The notes under the pieces were generated by a model. That model was not told the DNA's origin, ran no database searches, and saw only the letters and a program-made list of their open reading frames with translations. Below, one piece after another: positions 30,041-43,857 of a DNA stretch of 64,000 bases (positions are counted from its first letter, which is position 1; every line of letters starts with the position of its first letter). Position numbers and translations under genes: made by a program. Location: assembly GCF_009914755.1 (NCBI RefSeq), contig NC_060934.1, one strand, 5' to 3'. This DNA comes from the human T2T-CHM13v2.0 reference genome, Homo sapiens.

Positions 30041-30540
30041 GACAAGAAAACTCATTTCTAGCTTTATTTTGTTGAACTATAGAACTACATTTTCAGAAAC
30101 ATCCAGTTTTACTAAAGAAAAATTCAAATCTAGTAAGCAGAGCTTTCAAGAGCATGATTATTCAATTATTTGTCCAAGAAGCATTAAATTGAGATGTATT
30201 AATACCATGTGCTGGAAAACCCATCTGAGCCCTTAGATGCCAAGTAACTAATGGTTGAGATGTCTCAGGCTAGAGGGATTTAAGGAGGCCAGGGATACTG
30301 TCCCTCCCCAGGGGAAGGTGGCTCAGGAAGCCCCAATTCCAAAGATAAGCACGTGATTGATAGGTGACCATGATGGGGAAGTACACTCCAATCAAACAGA
30401 GCACAGGCAGCAGGTAAAGACACTACCTCATGCTGTGGACAAGCAGGACATATCGTGAAAACTATCATTCATCTTCATCTCTAGCCCAAACCTCACAGAG
30501 GAGGCAGCAAAAAGCTGCTCAAGCCCTTAAGAAATGATAA

Positions 30541-31061
30541 TCCCATTACTGGATATATACCCAAAGGATTATAAATCATGCTGCTATAAAGACACATGCA
30601 CACGTATGTTTATCACGGCACTATTCACAAGAGGAAAGACTTGGAACCAACCCAAATGTCCAACAATGATAGACTGGATTAAGAAAATGTGGCATGTATA
30701 CACCATGGAATACTATGCAGCCATAAAAAAGGATGAGTTCATGTCCTTTGTAGGGACATGGATGAAGCTGGAAACCATCATTCTCAGCAAACTATCGCAA
30801 GGACAAAAAACCAAACACCACATGTTCTCACTCATAGGTGGGAATTGAACAATGAGAACACATGGACACAGGAAGGGGAACATCACACTCTGGGGCCTGT
30901 TGTGGGGTGGGGAGAGTGGGGAGGGATAGCATTAGGAGATATACCTAATGTAAATGATGAGTTAATGGGTGCAGCAAACCAACATGGCACATGTATACAT
31001 ATGTAACAAACCTGCATGCTGTGCACATGTACCCTAGAACTTAAAGTATAATAATAAAAAA
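30541..31061 (+). mobile_element. 5'-truncated L1PA (about PA4-5) with 12-bp TSD
   Basis: ORF2 end IPLLDIYPKDYKSCCYKDTC...LIGGN; TSD aagaaatgataa at 30529-30540 and 31062-31073; TT/AAGA site. Confidence 0.96.
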
Positions 31062-31695
31062 AAGAAATGATAACATTGAAAATTGGAGACTGAACCAAAA
31101 TAGAAGATGCCAAAATGAGATTTAAATAATAACTGCTCTATCAAAGGGGACTTTAAAATGACTAATAAATATGCAAATGTTAAGTTGTTTCTAGATATCG
31201 TGCACATCGGACAAGTCAAGACTCGGAATGAAGTCATGAAAGAATGTCAGTTGTCTGATTTCCAATGAAATGGAGAGAATCCTTTGCTTATCCAGCAGTC
31301 AGGGAGGTGGAGAATGTTTGCGTCACACAGGACACCTGATGTCATTCACTGTTAGCCCCCCAGATTTAGGGGGTCACTAAGTTGAGGTGCTCTGTCTAGG
31401 CACAGGAAAGCAATATGGCTGTTGTCCCCACTGGCTATAAACACCTGCATTCGAATACGCTTAACACTAGGACTTTTAATACACAGTCCCTAAATAGATG
31501 TAGTCCCATGATAAAAGAGATCTATTTTATCAATTGGAAAAGCTCCCAATTATTTTCTTGGCTTGGAGATTTAAACTATTAATTGCCTATTAGGGCAGGT
31601 AGAGGCCCTGCAGAAAAGTAATGTTTAATTTGCTTAACCCAAGATCTCTCAAACTTGTTAGACCATGGACTTTTGCCATGATTACTTTTAATATC

Positions 31696-31999
31696 TTTTG
31701 TTTTGTTTTGTTTTTGAGACAGAGTCTCTTTCTGTCGCTCTGACTGGAAGTGCAGTGGTGCGATCTCAGCTCACTGCAACCTCCACCTCCTGGGTTCAAG
31801 AGATTCTCCTGTCTCAGCCCCCTGACGTAGCTGGGATTACAGTCTTGTGCTACCATGCCCAGCTAACTTTTGTATTTTTAGTAGAGACAAGATTTTGCCA
31901 TGTTGGCCAGGCCAGTCTCAAACTCCTGTCCTCAAGCAATCCACCTGCCTCAGCCTCCCAAAGTGCTGGGATTACAGGCATGAGCCACCATGCCTGGCC
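31696..31999 (-). mobile_element. Alu (J or early S)
   Basis: Full dimer; TSD ttaatatc at 31688 and 32000. Confidence 0.93.
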
Positions 32000-32619
32000 T
32001 TAATATCATTTTTTGATACCCACAACTTTAGGAAATGGAGATCTTAGGTATCATATTATATCTTAAGAGAAGCAAAGATAAAGCACTGCAGGATATATTT
32101 CAACATGGAAGTCACAGTGGGCTTAGCATAACTATCTCACTGAGCTCATTGCTCTCTGTTGGAGCATATTAGACATATAATGTATTAACACATTTTTTAT
32201 GTTAGCTGGAAAGTGATCTCACCATAGGAAAAAAATAAACTTAAATTAGTTTGCTATTCTTTATGTATATATAACTACATGCAAACATACACATTTCAGT
32301 CATATATAGTTATGTGTGTGTATATATATATGTGTGTGTGTGCATCCAGATATAAAGATGTATTTTTATTTCTATTAATGCATATACAATACTACAAAAT
32401 AAACTTGGAATCGTCTGAAAGATTCAAAATAAATTTATTAGTATCTTAACAGATGTATTCCTCTTTGAAAATGTTGTTGTTTACTGTTTTAAGGGAGAAC
32501 ACACGTGTTAAGTATATAAAATCACAGACAGAGCAAGATTAGACTATTCCAACTAAGAATTTTTTGAGGTGCGTAAGTGCTTCTTATACAAACATTTCAT
32601 TTGAATAACTAAAAATATC

Positions 32620-33950
<1,331 letters not shown>

Positions 33951-34039
33951 TTTCTGAGTTTCGATGGAGTCACAGAAAATCAGTACAAAGACTTAAACAG
34001 ATGAAATTAGCTCTTGTCAATTAACAAGAAGTCTGGACA

Positions 34040-34106
34040 TAGCAAGTCTAGGGCTAATGTCACCAGTGCTCCTTAGCAAGTCTAGGGCTAATGTCACCAG
34101 TGCTCC
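34040..34106. repeat. Perfect tandem duplication, 34-bp period
   Basis: tagcaagtctagggctaatgtcaccagtgctcc twice. Confidence 0.95.
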
Positions 34107-34579
34107 AGTTCTGGAGTCACAGGACGGCCACCACAGCTTTGGTCTGCATCCAGGCTCACGAGAGAAAGAAGCCTAAGAACCGTGGAAGCAGTGGTGAAAC
34201 CTCAGTCTAGGGGCAGAAGATGGATTCCATGGTGCCCACAGACACCGAGAGAAAGAACCAGGGGAGGAGCTGTGAGAAATCAAAGAGCGGCACAATATGT
34301 TCGCCCAAACCCCAGATTCTGGGATGAGGCTCCCTGGGCTGGCATCACAGGATACCATGTCCTACCCAGGCAGGTTAGTTTTCCTCTTCGGGGCCTGAGC
34401 TCCTCCTATGCCAGATGGGAATAGAGCTGCTGTGAATATTCAATGATTAACATATGAGGGGCCACCCAAGCTCTGCCATGCACATTTGAAGTGTTCTATG
34501 AACAGTAGCTCATATGATTTCGTGCAGGCTTCTTCTGATTCAGAAAAGAAAACATCTCTAAATCCTAAGACCCACCTGT

Positions 34580-34658
34580 GTGTCTTCTTAGTGATATACC
34601 CGATTGGCGCTCTCTCTCAGAGTCTCAGAAAGACTCTCTTCTCTCTGTCTCTTTCTGT

Positions 34659-34690
<32 letters not shown>

Positions 34691-35022
34691 TATGACTCAT
34701 AAGCTTAAGTGATTATGGAGGCCACAATTATGGAGGCCATAATGTGACTGTGAGCTGAAGAACCAGGAAAATGGGTAATTTAGTCTGAATGTTAAAGCTT
34801 GAGAGCCATGGAACCAACAGTGAAACCTCAGTCTGAGGGCAGAAGATGGATTCCATGGCACCCACACATACTGGGGAGAGCCATCTGCTTTCCTGCATTC
34901 ACCCATCCATCCAAAAGCTAATGTCATCCAGAAACACCCTCACAGCCACATTGGAAATAATGTCTAATCTGGGCGCCCTATGCAGTCTACTCAAGTTGGC
35001 ACATAAAATATATAACCATCAC
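34580..35022 (-). mobile_element. MLT2C/D-type ERVL LTR with internal (TG)n
   Basis: gattatggaggc...tccagaaacaccctcacag...caagttggcacataaaat..taaccatcaca. Confidence 0.8.
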
Positions 35023-35148
35023 AGAGACATTTGCTTTATATGTTATGTCTTTCTCTAATATTTGAAGATTTTTCAATGAGCCCTTCTTTTATAATTTAAA
35101 AATATTATAGAAATAAAACATTACAAATTTAAACCTGATTCTAATTAA

Positions 35149-35657
35149 CCATTTTCCCATTTGCCCCAAGAATACTTGCCAGCGGTGCTTGCAATTGCAG
35201 TATTTACCCGGTGATAACTTCGCCACAAAATATCCTGCTCTTATTATTATTTTTATATCACTCCGGTATGTCAACTTTGGAAACAAAAGACATCATTCTA
35301 TTTGTAGCATTCTGTTTTTAGTAGTGGTCGTTCCATTTAAAAAGTGTAGTAACTATCGATCGCTGAAAATGTCTAATCCTAGGAAACGTAGCATTCCTAT
35401 ATGTGATGTTAACATCGTTCTCCAATAGTTGTTGGCCAAAGATTCATTTGGTGAGTCCAATTTTTCCAAAATACATGATTCTGATTATTCGGATAATTCT
35501 GATGTTAGTTCTGTTTAGAGATAACTCCAAGAACAGTTTTTATATTTTATTTTCACATTGAAAGTCAGTCCGATTTTCCTTAGCCTCAAAGAGCTCGTCT
35601 ATGTTAAATGAGCACTGGCAGTGAGCCACACTATTTTTCTGCCAAATGAGAGGAGGG
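35149..35657. mobile_element. MER75 piggyBac-family DNA transposon
   Basis: TTAA on both sides (35145-48, 35658-61); termini ccattttcccatttgcc and caaatgagaggaggg; about 510 bp. Confidence 0.88.
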
Positions 35658-35709
35658 TTAATGGATTTGGTCATTGGCCTCACCCCATACAGACAGGACT
35701 CACACACAG

Positions 35710-36132
35710 TGGTAGATTGAAAAAGGTACAGACAAGCCTTTCAGGCACCATGACCATGCTTGAATCTGGGGCTGGCCATGAGCCTTGCTTTTGCCAATGG
35801 GACAATTATGAATCTAATGCAAGGAGAGTCTCGAAAGCATCCAAGTGCTGGAGCTTTTGCTGTCTCTCTCTCTCTTAGTTTTGTACAACACATACACCAT
35901 GGAAAGGAGCCAGGGCCAGCCTGCTGGAGCATGTGACCCATGAGAGAGGCTATCCAGGAACAACCAACTCAGCCAATGTGTCAGTTGACCAAACTATCTG
36001 AGCGAGCCAGGGAAGATCAGCAAAAGAACCACCCGGCTGAACCCAGCCCAAACTGCAGGCCCTCAGAATGGTGAGCTGAGCCACAACTGTCCTTCTAACC
36101 TCTCAAGTTTTGTATACCACAAAACTGATATT
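35710..36132 (+). mobile_element. MLT1 (F-H-like) MaLR LTR
   Basis: cttgaatctggggctggcc...gatcagcaaaagaaccacccggctgaacccagcccaaactg. Confidence 0.75.
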
Positions 36133-36324
36133 CAATGTGATATGTAAACATTCCCTCTCCCCGGAAAAGGTGTTCTATCTAAAAACATTCTACACCTAGA
36201 TCATAGGATGCTTCGAAGAGGAGGTGGAATGATTTAGAACACAGACTAGAAGCAGTCTTTGGATTAGAAAGAGATACCTGTATTGGGTCATAATGTTTAT
36301 AAATATATATTTCCCAAAGTAGGT

Positions 36325-36621
36325 ATTTATTTATTTGTTTGTTTGTTTTGAGACAGGGTCTGACTCTGTCACCCAGGCTGGAGCACAGGGGTGCCATATG
36401 CTGCAGCTGCCACCTCCCAGACTCACTCGACCCTCTCACCTCAGCCTCCTGAGTAGCTGGGACTACAGGTGTCTGCCACCATGCCTGGCTAATTTTTGTA
36501 TTTTTTGTAGAGATGAGGTCTCATGTTGCCCAGGCTGGTCTCAAACTCCTGGGCTCAAGCAGTTCACCTGCTTTGGCCTCCCAAAGTGTTGGTGTTACAG
36601 GCATGAGCCACTGCACACTGC
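36325..36621 (-). mobile_element. AluJ
   Basis: gagacagggtct, aactcctgggctcaagc J-type positions. Confidence 0.92.
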
Positions 36622-38334
36622 AAAAGTAGACATTTAAAAAGCATATTGTTTTGTCAAAGATGACAGCAGCCCCATGACACCATGCATACATTAAATGTAG
36701 AGCACTTGATTACATAATGTCTTGGCAGCATACAGGAGATCAATGTTGTCTCAAAACAAACCCTTCTTCACAGGAAGTGGTGCTTCATTCTCTTTCTTCA
36801 GTGTGAGCCAAGGACCAGCTGCTGGAACTGATGACATGAAGGCAAGGTGCCGCTCCATTAGGCTCTGTTTCTTACCTGCTGCAGATCAAACTCATAGAGA
36901 AATGATAGGAACAGCCCAAGAACATAAAGAAAGCCCAGAAATATTACAAGGGCACATTTTCCCTCCTCTGATTATTTTTGATAGCAGTTAAAAACATTTC
37001 TTAAAGGAAAATACTTTTTTTATCATAATGAAGAGATAGGCAAGCTTTTGCTTACCTCATTTAGTCAGACATCTTTTTTTTTCTCTTATCTCCTTTCTTC
37101 ATTTTCTGTCTTATCTTACTGGTACCTAGAAAGCAAAATGGAAGCAAAAGAATTTGTGCATGTTCATTTGCAAAGCTGCTGGCTCTGCTGCTGTGGCTGT
37201 TTGCAGATGTAACTGGGTGCTAGACGTGCTTCTCTTGTTGTCCTAAAATTTTCAGCAGAAGCTCCCAACTGCACCACTACCACCACCAACAACAACCACA
37301 GGCACAAAGGACTTTCGCCCACTGCAGGTGGCTGCTGGACACTCTACTCAGGCTGTGGAGACAGGGGAACAGGGGAGCACCGTGGGCAGAGCTACTGCAT
37401 CATCACCTTCACCATGATATACGGGAAGGTGACAACATCAGCAGTGAGGGGCTGAGGAGGTTTGGAAAGCGCCTGCCCTGCCTCTGCTTACCCCACGGGA
37501 GAAGGGAATTGCTCCCTTCTCACCTCAGGATAAGTCAGATAAGCCTCACAAAAAGCAGTTAAAGAGCTTGAGCCACATCCCTGGGATCTGAGGAAGAAGT
37601 GACTAATATTTGACTTATGCCTGAGAAAGGATAAAGGTGAGTCTGGCTGGATCTTTCAGACGGGAGAGAGGCCATACCCTTTTACTGACAATGGGACCAC
37701 AGTATGCACTTGCTGGATGTGGGCCTCGTGCATGACAGCTGGGTCCCTCTGCTGAGAGGGAGTCTATCCAGAGGCCTCATGCGCAGGAGACCCAGTGGTG
37801 TCTATGCCCATCCCTCCAGGAACCTGCCTGGAATTCCATCTCTGGGGAGGAAACGCCAGCAGAGGGACAGACCTGGGGAAGAAAGAAGCTGCTTTTCATT
37901 GTCTCCTGGTGGATCTAGTTTATTTAATGCTAAATTAAATTAAATTAGCACCTCCTAATAGATTTGCATCTTTTCAGAGAATCCTTCTGGGTAGCATCGT
38001 CCACTCCTTGAGAGAGAATTGACCGGCCTTTGGTAGAAGAGGAGGCATGGTCTGTATGGCAGGAACACAAGGCGTGAAAAGGCCTCACAGGCCCTCACTG
38101 GCTCATCCACTACATATTGAGGCTTCACGCATTTGTCTCAAGTCCAACCAGAGCCATGCCTCTTTCAGTCCTTAACCCTTCACCCACACCACCTGTGTGC
38201 ACAGACATGTATGTCTCAGGGAAGGTTATAAATGAAGCTTATTTGCCATTTACTTCTCTGCATGGACTTTTTTAGGTCCTTCTCTCAGCATGGCAGAATG
38301 TATAAAAAATTGATCATTCCTTGTGCTTGAGCTA

Positions 38335-38548
38335 TCAGGGCCACCATATCTGACAAGCACGAGGAGCAGGTTGTTGTTATTTTTGATTGTTCCTGTTGGA
38401 ACACAGCTATGCTCATTGGTTTACAGTGCCCATGCCGCTTTTATGCAGTGGCCACAGAGTTGAGTAGCAGCAACCGAGACGTTACAGTGCACAAAGACTG
38501 AAATAGATACTATCTGGTCCTTAACACAGGAAGTGTGCAAACCACCCC
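38335..38548. mobile_element. MER58A-like hAT element
   Basis: cagagttgagtagcagcaaccgagac...tactatctggtccttaacacaggaagtgtgc. Confidence 0.7.
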
Positions 38549-38849
38549 CCAACCGTATAGGATCTGGCAAACCAGACCCTAGAACTGTGGGACGAATACC
38601 AAGATGAAGGTCAAGTCCCAAATTCCCTGTCCTTACCTGCCCTGGGGCCAGCTTTGGGACACAGAGCCGTGAGGAACATGGGCTCTCTCTCCTGCCACCC
38701 TTCTTCTTCCTCTTACAAATGTAGCCATTTCACTACCTGCATGTGTTCTAAAATCTAGTGTCCTTTACAATTAAAAGCCACCTAGAAACGCAAGCATGCC
38801 CATCGCATAGATTGCATGGTCAATGGCTCCATACAGAGTCCCTTTAAAG

Positions 38850-38921
38850 AAAATTTACCAAAATTTACAACTTAAAAAAAGTGAAAAATTTTACCAAAAT
38901 TTATAACTTAAAAAAAAGTGA
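38850..38921. repeat. Tandem duplication, about 36 bp
   Basis: aaaatttaccaaaatttayaacttaaaaaaagtga twice. Confidence 0.85.
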
Positions 38922-39274
38922 GCCTTTTGCTTCCTGGTAGTAGAGGTTGGAGCTGTGATAATATTATGGGCACATATTATTATGTGCCCATAATAATATG
39001 GGCAAGGCACCTCATTTCAGTATGCACCTGTGAGGAACAGGCCAGCCATTGTATCATGTACTGAGTGAATAAACTGAAATCTAATCCAAGAACATGACGT
39101 TCGAGGTGAAGGTAAGAAATATCACATTACATTGGAACAGATGGAGCAACAATGACTGCAAATGGATGTGAAATTCACTCGGAAGTTTTTCTATTATTTT
39201 TATCACTCTAATTCAAAATACACCTGCCAGCATTCTTTTCTCTGATTCACAAGCACCTCTTTAAAAACAGACAC

Positions 39275-39400
39275 AGTGTAACTAAAAGATAAATATTTAA
39301 GGTGATGGATATCCCAGTTACCATTTGATTACATGGAAGTATTAGATTATTACAGGTACCCCCAAATATGTACATCTACTATATATCAATAAGAAAAGGC
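39275..39400 (+). mobile_element. L1MA 3' end fragment
   Basis: gataaatatttaaggtgatggatatcccagttacc...aaatatgtacatctactat. Confidence 0.75.
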
Positions 39401-39563
39401 TTGGAAAGTAAAAAAGGAAAAAAAACAGACATATACACACCCAATAGTGCATGTGCACATAACATCTAATTTTAAGTAGAAACGCAGTGATTTCATATCA
39501 TAAAGAAAAGGAGTTTGGGGCCTTCCGTGCTGAGCCTTAGTGTTGGTAGGAAACACTAACAGG

Positions 39564-39702
39564 CAGTGCTGGGGACAAAATCTGTGGGACTCAAACAAAA
39601 CGAAAATGTGGGTCCCCTTGTGAAGAAATCATGCAGATGGCCAAGGCCAGGACAGCAGAGGGCTAAGCTAAGTTCGTGTCCCATTCCCTGCAGCCAGCAC
39701 TG
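39564..39702 (-). mobile_element. MER45A-like hAT-Tip100 relic, partly inside the VNTR
   Basis: caaaacgaaaatgtgggtccccttg resembles the copy at 41251; terminus-like gccagcactg. Confidence 0.5.
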
Positions 39703-40155
39703 CCCAGGAGCCGCCTTCCATTCTCAAACATGTAACACAGAGGCACCCGATGGCAGAGATGGCTTCACGCTAGCTGTGCAAAGCTGCCCACCATCATCCT
39801 GGAAATCATGCAGACGGCCAAGCCCAGGACCGTAGGGCACTAAGCTAAGTTCATGTCCCCTTCCCTGCAGCCAGCACTGCCTAGGAGCGGCCTTCCATTC
39901 TCAAACATGTAACACAGAGGCACCCGATGGCAGAGACGGCTTCACGCCAGCTGTGCAAAGCTGCCCACCATCATCCTGGAAATCATGCAGACGGCCAAGC
40001 CCAGGACCCTAGGGCACTAAGCTAAGTTCGTGTCCCCTTCCCTGCAGCCAGCACTGCCTAGGAGCGGCCTTCCATTCTCAAACATGTAACACAGATGCAC
40101 ACGATGGCAGAGACGGCTTCACGCTAGCTGTGCAAAGCTGCCCACGGTCATCCTG
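39625..40155. repeat. Tandem repeat, 3 x 177 bp
   Basis: gaaatcatgcaga at 39625, 39802 and 39979. Confidence 0.97.
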
Positions 40156-41250
40156 GGCCATGGTGCAAACTAGACGGTGGAGCAAAGGAAGTTTCAAAGC
40201 AAGCGCCCCTTCCTCTTCTTGGGCAAAACAACTTCTCTTTTGTGTTCTTCCAGCAGCCTCGACTGTAAAGACCTTTCGGTCACTGCATTAGCCCTTGTCT
40301 TTCCATCTGGCTACTCAGCTGCTGCTATTAGCTGAAACATCACTTAAAACAAGAAGCAAGGCATTAAATGTTTCATTCACCCAGGCAGCAGCTGTGGGGA
40401 GATAAAGGATGACATGCAATGGAGACTTTAAACACCAGAGCCCTGAGAGGACAGGGGTCTTGGGCGGCACCTCTTATTTTATCGGTGGGCAGCAGGCCTG
40501 TCCCAGGGAGTGGTCACTGGGGAGCCAAGCCTGTCAAACACCTTTTGGCAGGAATTGTCACAAAACAGGAACCTGCTGGGAGGACAGAGACATTTCAGCC
40601 AAAAAACAAAGGCCCTCGAGCCTTGGGCATTTTATTTTGCTTTGAAAAAAGACCTTTCAGCGAAGAAAATGGCATCATTGTTCTGCTCCTGAGCACTGAT
40701 ACCACAGCGGGGTCACTGTCCCCTAGTGCCCAGCACACCCTGCACAGCCTTGGGGACAGGGGCAGGGGCTGAGGGGCCACAGGAAGGCCCCAGTGAGGGG
40801 GAAATTGTCCTTCAGTACAGAACACTCATTTGCAGGGAATGTGGGGCTCGAGCCAAAAGGGCTGGCTGGCTTCATCGAGGCTGTGCATCGTGTTTGAAAG
40901 TGTGTTGAGCCATGTTTGTCCCCAGTGCCAGTCCCCACCTCCTATCCGGCAGGGCCGTCCAAGGTCAACGAGAAGAAATGAGTCTTTACTGAAATGCAGA
41001 AAGTACTGTGCTTCCCCAGCATCTGGAAAACCTGCCCTCCCTACAGCAGTGCCACTGGGGACAACGCTGTGTTCTCCTTGGGGGTGTGGCCAGTGGCCTC
41101 CCACTGTGGAAGACGGCCTGCAGGGCCTCTCTGCGAAGGTGACAACTCCTCTCAGCCGCTCCCTTGGCGAGTCCCTGTGCTAGATGAGCGGCTCGCTGGT
41201 TCCGATCATTCCTTTCTTCATTTGTTAACGGGGATTAAAGGACATTTCTC

Positions 41251-41428
41251 CAAGACCCCCTCCAGAATCTGCAAGACCCAGTGCAAAATGAACATGCAGG
41301 CCCCATGAACAAGCAAGGTTAAGAATTTCAAGGCAGTGACGAGGGGGCATTAAAGAACCCAGCATGGGGCCCTGCTAAGCTTGGGCCGGAGCGCCCGCCC
41401 AGGTGGCCCGTCCGTGACTTCTGCCCTG
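41251..41428 (-). mobile_element. MER45A hAT-Tip100 element
   Basis: cccagtgcaaaatgaacatgcaggcccc...ttaagaatttcaag...gcattaaa...ctgccctg; 178 bp. Confidence 0.8.
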
Positions 41429-42129
41429 TGTGCTTGCCCGGATTGTTAGGAAGAGTGATCAGAAACGTGTGTGAAATCGGAGTGCTGCCCAGCTCTTGAT
41501 AGATCCCGGGTGGATGATGGTCCAACTTAAACAGATGGCCAGGAAGGAAGGAAAGGTATTTCCGTGGAAATCATCTAAATCAAGATGCAGAGCCCACGTG
41601 TGAAAAGAATGTGTTGCTAAGAAGTCATTATTTAGATACAATGAGATCAAACTATATAAAGAAAATGAAGTGGAAATATGGGTTTTACCTGCCCCTCTCT
41701 CCTCCCAGTGAGAAAATGGAGTTGAAATATGGATTTTGTTTGCCCCCTTCCAAGGCGAAGAGGACGTTTGATGATGTCCACGTCCGAGGGCTGTGCCTGA
41801 GCATCAGAGGCAAATGGAAGTCAGGTCTCCTATGAAGACAGAAGTTCCAGTGACCCCAGTTGGAGAACACCAATCTCTTCTAAAAACAGAAAGTTCAGAA
41901 ATCACAGCCTGAGTAGGCACTGACAGGTGTCATGTTCGTATTTTTACCCTAGCTCCATACATGAACATTTATTAACCATTATGAACATCTTAGAACAAGT
42001 AATTTTTCCTCCCTATGTATTATAACCTAGAGAGTGAAACTAAGAGAGTCTCATAAGGAACATGGACTCTTTCTATTCCCTTAAAAGGCTCTGCATGTAA
42101 CACAATCTTCCTCACAAGAGACTTAAACA

Positions 42130-42440
42130 GATCGATCCTGTCCCCTAAAAATGTGTAGGCAGTATTTTCTGCCTGTAACTTCTGAAAACTTCCATAAATT
42201 TCCTTTCTGCTGTATGAAAGGACTTCCTTTCATCTATCCTAAAACTACCCTCTTCAAACTTCAAAGGCTGACGCCACAGTTTAAATATTCTGGGATTTGG
42301 CTAAGAGGTCCATGATCACGTTAGCAATGCCTTTCATGAATTTACAAACTTTGATCATTTCTTCACCTCGGCCTTCATCTTTCAGACAAAAGAACTCTAA
42401 TTTTTTCAGTCAGTTCTTACAAGGAAGACATTCCAGCCAC
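42130..42440 (-). mobile_element. CR1-family LINE relic
   Basis: Reverse translation LPCKN*LKKLEFFCL...MIKVCKFMKG resembles CR1 ORF2 LPYEERLKKLGLFSL...DMIEVYKIMKG. Confidence 0.65.
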
Positions 42441-43734
42441 CTCCTCCTAACATTTGGTTCCCCGTTCTTCCCATATTGAAAGAATGTATCTGTCTGTCTA
42501 TAAAAGCAAGATGAGGGATGATACATGCAAAGTTTCCCATGAACAGCTGCAACATAGCTTTTGAAGAGTAGGAAAATATTTTGTTTCTATTTTTAAACAC
42601 CAGGTTAGATCGTTCTAAGAATGGTTAACTTTTTCTCCTGAGGTAATAACACATTAGACTGATTTTGACAGTGCATAATCCAAGTCCATGGCTCATATCT
42701 TTTTAAGATCAAAATTTGGATTACATTTTCCAAAAAGTCCTCCTACCTTCCCTACATTAAAGATATGGGCCATTTTTTTCTACTCATTCTTGCAGCAAAA
42801 TTAGGTCCTAATAGCCCATAATAGCTCATGGTATTTTAACCTTCCAATTAAAATACAAATGCATTCACAGTCACAGAGTTAGAAGAAACACTATATGATT
42901 TTCAAAAAACCACTGAGCATCTCCCACATGCAAAGAACCAGGCCCTAAGAGTTAACGTGAGAAGATGGGAATAAATGTTAATGTGGAAGGTGTATTTTAT
43001 CTGAGTCAAATCCCTTTATAGACCTTACCAATTGGCTCTTATTCCTACCTGTTCACCCAGGATATTCAGCAACTCGGACATCTGTGAGCCTCAACAGAGG
43101 TCTCCTTCCTTAAACCAAGAGGCCTTCTCCCTTGAGCTGATGTTGCCTCCCTACAAGACACTAGGGATGTGGCAATGCCAAGTTAAACTTTGACAAAAAT
43201 GGTGGGGAAAAAAACACTTTCCTCTTTGCATTACAATCGCTTCAAGGGGTTCCAAATCGAAGCTACGTGCACCCCGACACTTCGTGGAGTTTTTATTTTG
43301 TTTCATAAACTCATTCTTGATCTCTCACTGACAGCCTATGCTTTGCATAAAATTAGGGAACAAATACTCGGAATTATCACCATACCCGTAATAAAAGATT
43401 CTGTGATACCAGGTTGTGCCTTTTTCTATCCTCAGGAGGACTCAGGGGTGAGATATGTTCAGATGTATTTCAGCACCTGCCATTGACACCCCTTTGGCTA
43501 AAGCTCAAATCCCTGTTCCCAAACCAGAGCGCACAGTCCTGTGAGGACAGGTGGGTGGGGGAGAAGCAGTGTCTAAAAATAAGTTTCAGAAATGAGCAGA
43601 GGAGCAGGGGCCTGTCCGTAATGTGTTGGAGATTCGACAGGGTTAGAGTTCCTGGTGGCCGGGTGTCAGGCTGCTTTCAAACTCCCGGTCATCATGCGGT
43701 TGGAGGTGACTTCAACTCACAGCCTGCAGGTTCT

Positions 43735-43857
43735 CATTCCCAAATGATGACATCGAGGCACAGGGAGGCTAAAGTTCTTCACTGAGTTTACACAAAATGC
43801 TGGTGAGCTACAGAATTACAGAATCTGAGCTGCAAAATCATTCTCTTAACACCACCA
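43735..43857 (-). mobile_element. MIR SINE
   Basis: aaatgatgacatcgaggcacagggaggctaa...ctcttaaccac. Confidence 0.65.
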
